Source: an uncultured bacterium (GTDB lineage: Bacteria > CSSED10-310 > CAZUFC01). Taken from it: a stretch of 24,413 nucleotides of DNA. Within the stretch, counting starts at the first letter, position 1, and each line of letters opens with the position of its first letter. The notes under the pieces are model-generated. The model was not told the DNA's origin. It was given only the letters and a program-made list of their open reading frames with translations, and ran no database searches. The stretch lies in NCBI GenBank assembly GCA_964619725.1, contig CAZUFC010000118.1:1-24413 (forward strand), given 5' to 3'. Made by a program: the position numbers and the translations under genes. Below are positions 7,777 to 16,377 of this stretch, in pieces.

Positions 7777-7862
7777 ACCTCCAAATAACTGCCCGCAGGC
7801 TTTTATTTTCCATTCATTTCATGAATTCGGGGCGCCCATTCTATCCTTATGACAGAATGCCC
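7777..7862 (-). promoter_or_regulatory. Structured rpsO 5' leader, candidate S15 autoregulatory element
   Basis: On the minus strand: hairpin CATTCTGTC-ATAAG-GATAGAATG (7859-7837), hairpin ATTCAT-GAA-ATGAAT (7826-7812), and GGGC/GCCC blocks able to close a junction. Confidence 0.45.
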
Positions 7863-8810
7863 ATGGCGATTATAAAAACCCGAATCCATCTTGTCAATCA
7901 TACATGTTCCTATCCCTAAAAGTGATCCTTCCGGATTCATGACTCGAACAGTCTGATTTTTTTTCAGATCAGAGGGTATTTTGAGCAATTCTTCCGAGCA
8001 CAGTTGACAGTTTTTCAGCAGAACGGCCCGGCTGGAATCCGCAATGGCCGCCGGCAGGCCTTCCAGGGCTTCAGAGATGTCGCGAAAACATTCTCTGTTT
8101 TTCAAAATGTTAAAAGTGGCCGGCAATTGTTCCGGTTCAATGGCATGCTCTTTTCTGAACAGACCGATTCGAGTTCTAACGAGCTTTTTAAGGCAGCCGA
8201 CGGTGCCGAGGGCTGCTGCAATATCGTGAGCCAGTGTTCTAATGTATGTTCCTGATGAACATTCAATGTTTACGAACAGATTTGGCGCTATAAAATCGAG
8301 AAAATCGATTGAATAGATATTGACTGTCCTCTTTTTTCTTTCCACGGTTTTGCCGGCGCGGGCCAGTTTGTATAAAGGCCTGCCTTTATGCTTAACTGCC
8401 GAGAACATGGGCGGAACCTGTTCAATTTTACCCTCAAAGGCTTCCAGCGCTTTTTTTATTTGTTCTTCGTCGAGTTCGGGGACGGCTCTTTTTTCCTTTA
8501 TCTCTCCTTCCATATCCAGTGTAGACGTTTTTACTCCTAACAGGATGCAAGCTTCATAGGTTTTGCTGTATTTCAACAGGAACCGGGAAATTTTAGTGGC
8601 GCGTTCGATCAGAATCAAAAGAGTTCCTTCAGCGCTGGGGTCAAGAGTCCCACCGTGACCGACGCTTTTGAATCCGTAGAGTTTTTTGACTTTTTTTACT
8701 AGGGAAAAGGAAGTTAATCCTGCCGGTTTGTTCATGTTGAGAACGCCCGATGCCTTAATGTCGTCACACACTTTACTGAGTTCCCTGCCGGTGTTTTCCA
8801 TTTCCGTCAA
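7803..8810 (-). CDS. truB: tRNA pseudouridine(55) synthase
   Basis: [16 protein letters not shown] (catalytic Asp), [20 protein letters not shown]. Start is TTG 8810 or ATG 8801. Confidence 0.96.
   Translation of the reverse strand: MTEMENTGRELSKVCDDIKASGVLNMNKPAGLTSFSLVKKVKKLYGFKSVGHGGTLDPSAEGTLLILIERATKISRFLLKYSKTYEACILLGVKTSTLDMEGEIKEKRAVPELDEEQIKKALEAFEGKIEQVPPMFSAVKHKGRPLYKLARAGKTVERKKRTVNIYSIDFLDFIAPNLFVNIECSSGTYIRTLAHDIAAALGTVGCLKKLVRTRIGLFRKEHAIEPEQLPATFNILKNRECFRDISEALEGLPAAIADSSRAVLLKNCQLCSEELLKIPSDLKKNQTVRVMNPEGSLLGIGTCMIDKMDSGFYNRHGHSVIRIEWAPRIHEMNGK
7869..7897 (-). promoter_or_regulatory. Consensus sigma70 promoter for rpsO-pnp, internal to truB
   Basis: TTGACA (7897-7892), 17-bp spacer, TATAAT (7874-7869); perfect consensus. 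Confidence 0.85.
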
Positions 8811-8854
8811 ATACTCTTTCCTTTTTCCTGGCGCGTCATATGCTTAAAAAACTA

Positions 8855-9247
8855 TCATTCCGGCGAATCATCGTCCCCATCGCCTTCGATATTCAAATTT
8901 TCAATGATCTGCAGAATTTTTTGCCCTTCCTTGATGCCGGGATCGTAGTGAAACCTGAGCTGGGGGATATACCGAATTCTTATTTTTTTTCCCAGCATTC
9001 CTCGAATGTATCCGGAGGCTTTTGAAAGAGCGTCAAGAGTTGCATCAGGATTACTTTCGTCATCTTCGGAATCTAATTTGGAGCCGAAAACGCTGAAAAA
9101 TACATCGGCATGTCTGAGATCAGGGCTTACTTTCACACGCGTAATGGATACGAATTCAGTCCGGGGATCGGACATTTCTTTTAGAATGATATCGCTGATT
9201 TCTTCTTTCAGAAGTTCAGCGACGCGATTGAGTCTTTTAGCCTTCAT
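8855..9247 (-). CDS. rbfA: Ribosome-binding factor A
   Basis: RLNRVAELLKEEISDII, VSITRVKVSPDLRHA, IRYIPQLRFHYD. SD GGAGGAG upstream. Confidence 0.96.
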   Translation of the reverse strand: MKAKRLNRVAELLKEEISDIILKEMSDPRTEFVSITRVKVSPDLRHADVFFSVFGSKLDSEDDESNPDATLDALSKASGYIRGMLGKKIRIRYIPQLRFHYDPGIKEGQKILQIIENLNIEGDGDDDSPE

Positions 9248-9280
9248 AATACTCCTCCTTTCTATGCAGCCTTTCAGACG

Positions 9281-9568
9281 TCAGAACGCAATGAACTCGA
9301 TTTCATAATGGAGGAGTTCGACGTTTCTTATGCCTTCGATGAATTGAACAGCCTTATCTAAAACGCCGTTTAAATAATTCTGTTCCGTTCCGACGCAAGC
9401 AATGCCTACTTCAGTTTTGTTGTAGATATGATGGTCCGCTGTCTCGGCAACGGCGATATTGAAGTTGTTCTTCAATCTGTCCTTCAGACTTCTTATGACT
9501 CGCCTTTTCTGTTTAAGCGAATGAGCTTCCGGGATGAGAAGTTCGATCCTGCAAACGCCGACGTTCAT
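9281..9568 (-). CDS. DUF503 (YlxP-like) protein
   Basis: MNVGVCRIEL..AHSLKQKRRVIRSLKDRLKNNFNIAVAE. Canonical position between infB and rbfA. Confidence 0.9.
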   Translation of the reverse strand: MNVGVCRIELLIPEAHSLKQKRRVIRSLKDRLKNNFNIAVAETADHHIYNKTEVGIACVGTEQNYLNGVLDKAVQFIEGIRNVELLHYEIEFIAF

Positions 9569-9569
9569 T

Positions 9570-11600
9570 TTATTTGCTTGCGGAGGCGGGGACTTTTTGT
9601 AATTCGAACGCTTCTATGACGTCGCCTTCCTGGAAATCATGGAAGTTGCTGACGCCTACCCCGCATTCATATCCTGCTTTAACTTCGCTGACGTCTTCCT
9701 TGAATCTTTTCAAAGAATTGACTTTACCCTGAAAAATTTCCTCATCGTTTCTCAAAATTCTCACATTCGAGTTTCTGGTGATGAATCCGTCATTGACCAT
9801 GCATCCGGCGATGGCGCCGAGACGGGAAATTTTAAAGACCTGTCTGACTTCGAGCCTGCCGGTAACATTTTCCTGATACACAGGGTCCAGCAGACCTTCC
9901 ATAATAAGGCGTATGTCGTCCAGCAATTCGTAGATGACGTTATACAGTTTTATATCGATGCATTCTCGGCAGGCCGTTTCGGGAGCGTTCTGTTCTTTAC
10001 CGACATTGAATCCGATGATCAGGGCATTGGAAGCGGAAGCAAGCACGACGTCTGTTTCGGAAATGTTTCCTATTCCTGTATGAATAATATCGATTTTGAC
10101 TTTTTCCGTATCCAGTTTTCTAAGGCTTGATGCGATGGCTTCGACTGCGCCCTGGGTATCGCCCTTGAGAATGACGCGCAGAATCTTGGCTTCGCCTTCC
10201 TGGATTTGAGTGAAGATGTCATCGAAGCATACTCGGGAAGCTTTGGCCAACTGTTTCTGGCGTTCCGATTCTTCTCTTGATTCAGCGATTCCTTTGGCGG
10301 TTTTTTCATCTTCTATAACGGCAAGAGATTCGCCGGCTTCAGGGACTCTGGAAAACCCGAGGACCTCAACCGGAGTGGCAGGGTGCGCTTCTTTGACGCT
10401 GTTGCCGCGATCATCGAAGAGAGCACGCACTTTTCCGTAACAGCAGCCCGAAACGAACGGATCGCCGGTCCGCAAAATGCCTTGCTGCACCAGTAATGTC
10501 GCAACAGGACCTCTGCCCTTGTCCAGGCGCGATTCGATAACGACGCCGCGGGCCGGTAAAGTGGGATCGGCTTTCAGTTCCATAATTTCAGCCTGGAGCA
10601 GTATCATATCCAGTAAATCTTCAATGCCGATTTTTTGTTTCGCGGATATCTCGCAAACGATTGTTTCACCGCCCCATTCTTCGGGCACAAGGTTATATTG
10701 CATCAGGTCTTGCTTAACTTTTTCCGTATTGGCGTTCGCCTTATCTATCTTGTTGACCGCCACTATAATAGGGACTTCCGCCGCGCGAGCGTGATTGATG
10801 GCCTCTATGGTTTGAGGCATAATGCTGTCGTCTGCAGCTACAACCAGAACGACGATATCCGTGATGTCGGCGCCCCTGGCGCGCATGGTCGTGAACGCCT
10901 CATGACCAGGCGTATCGATAAATACGATTTTTCCGTCTTTGGCTTCAATAACCGAGGCTCCTATGTGCTGCGTAATTCCGCCGGCTTCTTTATCCACGAC
11001 ATTGGTTTTGCGCAGGGCGTCCAATAAAGTCGTCTTGCCATGGTCCACATGCCCCAGAACCGTTACTACGGGATACCTCGCCGTTAAATTCTGAGGTTCC
11101 GATTCCATTTGCGGCAGTTCAACCTTCTCAACTTTTTCCACGACGTCATAACCGTATTTTTCTCCTAGTTTCTTCGCCGTCTCAACGTCAATCGCCTGAT
11201 TCATGGACAACATCTTACCCATCATAACCAGTTCGGAAACCAGTCGCGATCCGCTGACTTCCATAGCGTCAGCCAATTCACGAACCATCATTCCTTCATG
11301 AAATTGAACAACCTTGCCGGAAAGCTCCGATTGTTCCTGATCGGCTATCATGCTCGATATTTTCCGACGGGATGTTTTGGGCTTCTTCTTTTTAGTCTTC
11401 TTTTTACTCACCAGCGTCTGACGTTGGCGCTCCTCCTGCCTGCCCGCCGAATAGAGCGATTGCATTATCTGCACCGTCTCTTCGTCAATGGCGCTCATGT
11501 GACTGGTTACGGCAACGCCGTTTTCTTCCAATGACCTTATTAAATCCTTGCTGGATATTCCCAGTTTTTTCGCTAATTGATGAACTCTCATATTACTCAT
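9570..11600 (-). CDS. infB: Translation initiation factor IF-2 (start moved to ATG 11600)
   Basis: [11 protein letters not shown]-domain, [32 protein letters not shown] at 11616-11611. Confidence 0.99.
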   Translation of the reverse strand: MSNMRVHQLAKKLGISSKDLIRSLEENGVAVTSHMSAIDEETVQIMQSLYSAGRQEERQRQTLVSKKKTKKKKPKTSRRKISSMIADQEQSELSGKVVQFHEGMMVRELADAMEVSGSRLVSELVMMGKMLSMNQAIDVETAKKLGEKYGYDVVEKVEKVELPQMESEPQNLTARYPVVTVLGHVDHGKTTLLDALRKTNVVDKEAGGITQHIGASVIEAKDGKIVFIDTPGHEAFTTMRARGADITDIVVLVVAADDSIMPQTIEAINHARAAEVPIIVAVNKIDKANANTEKVKQDLMQYNLVPEEWGGETIVCEISAKQKIGIEDLLDMILLQAEIMELKADPTLPARGVVIESRLDKGRGPVATLLVQQGILRTGDPFVSGCCYGKVRALFDDRGNSVKEAHPATPVEVLGFSRVPEAGESLAVIEDEKTAKGIAESREESERQKQLAKASRVCFDDIFTQIQEGEAKILRVILKGDTQGAVEAIASSLRKLDTEKVKIDIIHTGIGNISETDVVLASASNALIIGFNVGKEQNAPETACRECIDIKLYNVIYELLDDIRLIMEGLLDPVYQENVTGRLEVRQVFKISRLGAIAGCMVNDGFITRNSNVRILRNDEEIFQGKVNSLKRFKEDVSEVKAGYECGVGVSNFHDFQEGDVIEAFELQKVPASASK

Positions 11601-11666
11601 CTTCGTATCCACCTCCGTGATCACCGAACCGACTCAACCGGAATCGAAAATATCTTCCATATCCCC

Positions 11667-12983
11667 TTACTCTGTCTGTTCCAGCGCACCCTCCTCCGCT
11701 TCTTCTTCTTTCTTTTGCTCCATCGTCTCTTCTTCCAACTTCCGTTCGATCCTCTCCAGTATCGTTTTGGCTTTTGCTTCTCCGATGCCCGGTATGCTCG
11801 TTAAAACGGCCGGATCGGCTTTAGCCAGTTCTTCCATGGAATTGAACCCTTTTTCAATGATCAAAGCGGCGATCTTGGCGCCGATTCCTGGAATTTCGGA
11901 CAGATTCACTGTCAAACGTTTGAGTCTTTTGCGGTGTTCATCGCTTTCCTTCACCGCCGCTGTTTCACTTTTAATATCAATTTTCCATCCTGTCAAACGT
12001 GCGGCAAGTCTGACATTTTGACCTTTTTTACCAATGGCCAGAGAAAGTTGCTGATCTGAAACGATCACTTCCGCAACTTTCCCGGTAACGTCTATTTTAA
12101 TTCTGTTGACCTGGGCCGGACTAAGGGCGTGAGCGATAAAAGAGGTAGCATCATCAGTCCATTCGATGATGTCTATGTTCTCGCCTTTCAACTCCTTGAC
12201 GATGGATTGCACGCGTGCGCCTTTCATTCCGACGCAAGCGCCGACCGGATCGACATTGCTGTCATTCGATATGACGCAGACTTTGGCTCTTTCGCCCGGT
12301 TCGCGCACCGTTCCTTTGATCTCCACAACCCCTTCGTAAATTTCCGGAACTTCCATTTCAAACAATCGCCGTATCAAATTCGGATGCGTGCGGGACAATA
12401 TGATCTGGGGACCCTGGGCGCTCTTTTTAACTTCCATCAGATAGGCCCGAATCCTGTCTCCTCTCCGGAAAACATCCCGGGGAGAAAGTTCCTTTTTCGG
12501 AATGAAGCCCTCTCCGCGTCCCAGGTCTAGAATGATACCACCCTTCTCATACCGCTGCATTGTACAGTTGACAAGCTGTCCCACTCGCTCAATATAATAA
12601 TTGTAAACAATCTCGCGTTCCGCTTCGCGTACCTTCTGGACGATAACCTGCTTCGCTGCCTGCGCTGCAATTCGGCCGAATCCTTCGATCTCCCTGTGTA
12701 TTTCTATCTCATCGCCTACTTCAATGTCGTCGAGCAGACCGCGGGCTTCATCAATGGATATTTCCGTCAACTCGTCTTCAACCTTCTCCACAACTTTTTT
12801 CAGCATGTACAACTCTATCTGGCCCGTTTCCTTGTTGAAATGTGCTTCCACGAGCTCGCCCGGTTGAAGATGACGCTTCGTTGCCGACTCAACGGCAAGT
12901 TCTACCGCTTCCATCAAATATTCCTGGCTTATGCCCTTTTCACGGGCAATTTGTTCCAAAATATTCAACAGTTCTTGATCCAT
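11667..12983 (-). CDS. nusA: Transcription termination/antitermination factor NusA with a C-terminal HhH extension
   Basis: FGRIAAQAAKQVI, LSRTHP, DPVGACVGMKGARV, LAIGKKGQNVRLA. Two IPGIG HhH motifs. SD AAGGAG. Confidence 0.99.
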   Translation of the reverse strand: MDQELLNILEQIAREKGISQEYLMEAVELAVESATKRHLQPGELVEAHFNKETGQIELYMLKKVVEKVEDELTEISIDEARGLLDDIEVGDEIEIHREIEGFGRIAAQAAKQVIVQKVREAEREIVYNYYIERVGQLVNCTMQRYEKGGIILDLGRGEGFIPKKELSPRDVFRRGDRIRAYLMEVKKSAQGPQIILSRTHPNLIRRLFEMEVPEIYEGVVEIKGTVREPGERAKVCVISNDSNVDPVGACVGMKGARVQSIVKELKGENIDIIEWTDDATSFIAHALSPAQVNRIKIDVTGKVAEVIVSDQQLSLAIGKKGQNVRLAARLTGWKIDIKSETAAVKESDEHRKRLKRLTVNLSEIPGIGAKIAALIIEKGFNSMEELAKADPAVLTSIPGIGEAKAKTILERIERKLEEETMEQKKEEEAEEGALEQTE

Positions 12984-13078
12984 CTTATCACTCCTTAAAT
13001 TCGTCAGCTTAGCTGATCCCGAATTCTGTTCCTGAAATGCCGTTGATCGTTACTGATGACCTATCTGCATAATCGTGA

Positions 13079-13546
13079 TCAAGGAAATTCAAATACAAGA
13101 TTCGCTTTGGAAATCATATCAAATGGTATTTCGATCAACTCCTTCGACTCCTTTTCTTCAATGACCACTTGCTCCTTTTCTACGCCTTTTATTCTGCCCC
13201 TGACAGTTTTACGACCTTTCACCGGCGAAAAACAACGAATTTTTACCGGATTGCCTTCAAAACGCTTATAATGCTCACGGGTCCTTAAAGGGCGTTCCAC
13301 GCCGGGAGAAGAAACTTCCAAAGAGTAACTCTGAGGTATGGGGTCCTCCACATCCAGAAGACATGATATCTTCTTGCTTACCAGACTGCAATCGTTTGTG
13401 TTTATTCCGCCTTCCTTGTCGATGAATATGCGAAGCGCCCATCGTTTGCCCTCTTTTTTATACTCAACATCAACCAATTCATAACTTAATTCGTCGAGTA
13501 TCGGCATAACCAATTCTTTGACGGATTTAGCGACCTTTCCGTTCAC
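13079..13546 (-). CDS. rimP: Ribosome maturation factor RimP
   Basis: ELVDVEY, LRIFIDKEGG..DC, YSLEVSSPGVERPL. GTG start with SD AAAGGAG. Confidence 0.97.
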   Translation of the reverse strand: MNGKVAKSVKELVMPILDELSYELVDVEYKKEGKRWALRIFIDKEGGINTNDCSLVSKKISCLLDVEDPIPQSYSLEVSSPGVERPLRTREHYKRFEGNPVKIRCFSPVKGRKTVRGRIKGVEKEQVVIEEKESKELIEIPFDMISKANLVFEFP

Positions 13547-13636
13547 TTCAATTAACTCCTTTGTCCTGGAATTCTTACGGGATAGGTTTAAAAGATTGGA
13601 CTACATTACCGTCGAGCAAACAGACCCAAGTTCAAG

Positions 13637-13665
13637 TGTATATCATTAAAAGTAATTTATTGCAA
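13637..13665 (-). promoter_or_regulatory. Probable promoter of the rimP-nusA-infB operon
   Basis: TTGCAA (13665-13660), 17-bp spacer, TG-A-TATACA (13642-13637), with a T-rich tract upstream. Confidence 0.45.
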
Positions 13666-13889
13666 GCAAAAAAGAAAAAATGAGAAATTTGTTTATTAGA
13701 TGCTGGGGAGCGCCAGGCGGGACCTATTCCTGCGTTTAGATTTTACGTGATTTAAATTTTTCAGAAAAATTCGTTTTTTTTCGCCACAAATTTTGGGGAC
13801 AGATCAAATAGGGATTACAATTTTTGCGTTTCGGCGTTTTCATAATGCGATGAAGATGCTGGTAGAGTCATTACTTTCGATGGTTCCGG

Positions 13890-16259
13890 TTATCGGTAAA
13901 TTTCCTGATATTGAGTCTGGTTAAAGATCGTTTTTTGAATGTATTCTCTGGTTTCCGAGTAGTCGACAGCCAGGATGAAGTCTTCTCTGGTTTGACTTTC
14001 AGCCGATAACAGCCATCTAGCGGCATTTATGGGACCTGCATTATAAGCGGCCAGGGCAACCTCTTCGCGTTTGAACTGTTTGAGTAAAGAGGCGAAATAG
14101 AATGCACCCATGGAGATGCAGACATCCGGTTTAAAGAGGAGGTCGAGTTTAAAATCAAGCAGGTTCATTTGTTCGGCGAGGTCATAGGCTGTGGCCGGAA
14201 TAATCTGCATAAGACCCCTGGCGCCGGCTGCAGAGACGGTTTCTGGTTGAAAACGGCTTTCAGCATGAATAATGCTTTGGATCAGGAAGGGTTGTAGGCC
14301 GTATAACAAGGCGGCGTTTTCCGTCTGCTGTCTGTAGCAGTCAGGGAAGAGGAATTTTCTGTAGATTACGGGGAGTATTCTGTAATCGACATTACGGGGT
14401 AGTATGTCCTGTAATGATTCAGCAAGGGCCATCGATCTGTCGTATTGACCGGCGTTTTGTCTGCACATCATCAGGGTCAGCATGATATCGGGATCGGCGT
14501 AATTTTGCCCTTTTCTGCGCAGGCTGTTCAGCAGGACGCCGGCGTTGCGCCAGTCGCCCAGCAGCATTAATTTTCGAACCAGTCTTTCTATTTCCCGCGG
14601 AGATTGGGAATCTGAATGCGTGTCATCCGACAATTGCAGAGGTTTCCAAACTTTCATTTCCAGAAAAGGCTGCCAGGACTTGTTTATTGTCAGGAGTTTT
14701 TTCAAGGTATCTATTTCATGCCGAACATTTTTTTGGCGTGGGCTGACAAGTATTTTCCAATAGAGGGAATCAGCTTTATCATCGTTGAAAAAAACAAAGG
14801 AAGCGGGCTTGTTTTCAATTGAATCGTCAAACCATCTGTTCATTTTTTCCCGTACGAGGTCGGCGGTTAGGCAGTTGGGCTGATCAGCCAGAAAATCCGC
14901 GCAATCCCTCAAAGCGTCCTCTTTTTTATCAGCATGATAAAAAGCTGAAATTCTAAGATACCAGGCTTCCTGTTTCAGTCTGCTGTCTTCAAACTGATCG
15001 AGCAGTTTGCCCAGAACCGAGGAGCATTTTTCAAAGTCTCGCAATTTGAAAAGAAGCAGGGCGGATTTCCAAAGGGAGTGATCGACAAAAGGGCCTTTGC
15101 GGTTCTGTGAGTATAATTTGCGCCAGCTTTGCAGCGCTGCTTCGTAATTTTTCATGGCTTCGAAAGTCAGCCCCTGGCTGTAAAACGCTTCATTTTTCAA
15201 ATTCCGGTTTGACGAGGATCGAATTAACTCATCGTACTGCTTGAGCGCTGGACCGAATTTTTCATCATTTCTATATTCTCTGGCTATTTGAAGACGCGCT
15301 TTTTTTCCATAGTAATCGTCCGGATCATGAGCGACCGTATCTTCAAAAGCTTTGACGGTTTCGGGATGCAATGATCTTTGGCGGCTTCTCCCTATCAGGT
15401 AAAGCGCATAACTAGTTTTTCTGGAGTCCGGATGCTCCGTGATGAAGCGGCGAAGAAATTCCTCCGATTTATCGTATTTCCCGGCATAATAGTAAGCTTC
15501 GCCAAAGCAGAGGGCGTTTTTTCCGCTCTCTTTTATTGCCCTGTCCATGTTACTATCGATGCTTTCCAGGGCATCAAGCGCCTGAATGGAATAGAATCCA
15601 GAACGCGAGATTTTTAATATTTTCAGATAGATGCCGGCAACACGGTCATCATCTTGATCATTTCTTATCGCTTCTGCGGCTTTAAATAAAAGCATCTGTT
15701 TTTCCGAATAGTTTATTCTTTTTGATGCAGCATCCGTTAACGTTTTAAATGCTTTCGAAGGCTCACCTGATTTCAATTGACATTCAGCGGTTTTCAGGGC
15801 CAGATCGGCAATGGTCAGCAGTTTTATGGGGGATTCTGACAGAGCGTTGTAAAAAGAAACGGCCTCGGAGAAATTATGCGAATTGCGGGACGCTTCAGCG
15901 AGGTAATAAAGCGCACAGAATTTTAATGGTGAATTTTTGTTAATGAATGTTCTGAAGAGGGATGCGGCCTGTTCCGGTTTACCCGAATGATAAAGCGATA
16001 AAGCCAGCGCATAGTCCAGATCATACGTCTTATATGCTTTTGTATCTGCGGCTTTATAAATATGGAGAATTTCAGCGGCTTCTTCATATTGCCCGGATCG
16101 AATTTTTTCCAGAGAGCGTTCCAGCATTTCAACGGGATTCAGGAGAGTTGTCTTATGTAGATTTCGATTAAATTCATCCGGTTGTTCTGCTGATAAGCGG
16201 GAAAGCACGGATAAGAAAAACGAAGCAAAAAGAATTATTTTATAAAACCTTACAATGAT
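13890..16259 (-). CDS. Slt-type lytic transglycosylase with N-terminal TPR repeats (start uncertain: GTG 16208, or ATC 16259 / ATT 16256)
   Basis: C-terminal SLT motifs IIHAESRF, SAAGARGLMQIIPATA, ALAAYNAGP, ETREYI. Many TPR-like helices. The in-frame upstream extension encodes a signal peptide. Confidence 0.9.
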   Translation of the reverse strand: MIVRFYKIILFASFFLSVLSRLSAEQPDEFNRNLHKTTLLNPVEMLERSLEKIRSGQYEEAAEILHIYKAADTKAYKTYDLDYALALSLYHSGKPEQAASLFRTFINKNSPLKFCALYYLAEASRNSHNFSEAVSFYNALSESPIKLLTIADLALKTAECQLKSGEPSKAFKTLTDAASKRINYSEKQMLLFKAAEAIRNDQDDDRVAGIYLKILKISRSGFYSIQALDALESIDSNMDRAIKESGKNALCFGEAYYYAGKYDKSEEFLRRFITEHPDSRKTSYALYLIGRSRQRSLHPETVKAFEDTVAHDPDDYYGKKARLQIAREYRNDEKFGPALKQYDELIRSSSNRNLKNEAFYSQGLTFEAMKNYEAALQSWRKLYSQNRKGPFVDHSLWKSALLLFKLRDFEKCSSVLGKLLDQFEDSRLKQEAWYLRISAFYHADKKEDALRDCADFLADQPNCLTADLVREKMNRWFDDSIENKPASFVFFNDDKADSLYWKILVSPRQKNVRHEIDTLKKLLTINKSWQPFLEMKVWKPLQLSDDTHSDSQSPREIERLVRKLMLLGDWRNAGVLLNSLRRKGQNYADPDIMLTLMMCRQNAGQYDRSMALAESLQDILPRNVDYRILPVIYRKFLFPDCYRQQTENAALLYGLQPFLIQSIIHAESRFQPETVSAAGARGLMQIIPATAYDLAEQMNLLDFKLDLLFKPDVCISMGAFYFASLLKQFKREEVALAAYNAGPINAARWLLSAESQTREDFILAVDYSETREYIQKTIFNQTQYQEIYR

Positions 16260-16377
16260 GTTATGAAGCCTCTCGTTTGAATTTGAGTATCATATCGGAG
16301 CCGACCGTATTAAGGCGTCTGCTGTTTTTCAACCGGCACAATGAAGGTTCAATAGTCAACAGCCAGGACCGACCTGA

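Noticed and set aside
11601-11624. infB start at GTG 11624 given by the ORF track
   Set aside because: The GGAGGT SD lies inside this extension and fits ATG 11600.
5760-13271. Numerous short plus-strand ORFs opposite pnp, truB, rbfA, infB, nusA and rimP
   Set aside because: Fully antisense to conserved housekeeping genes and with no recognisable motifs.
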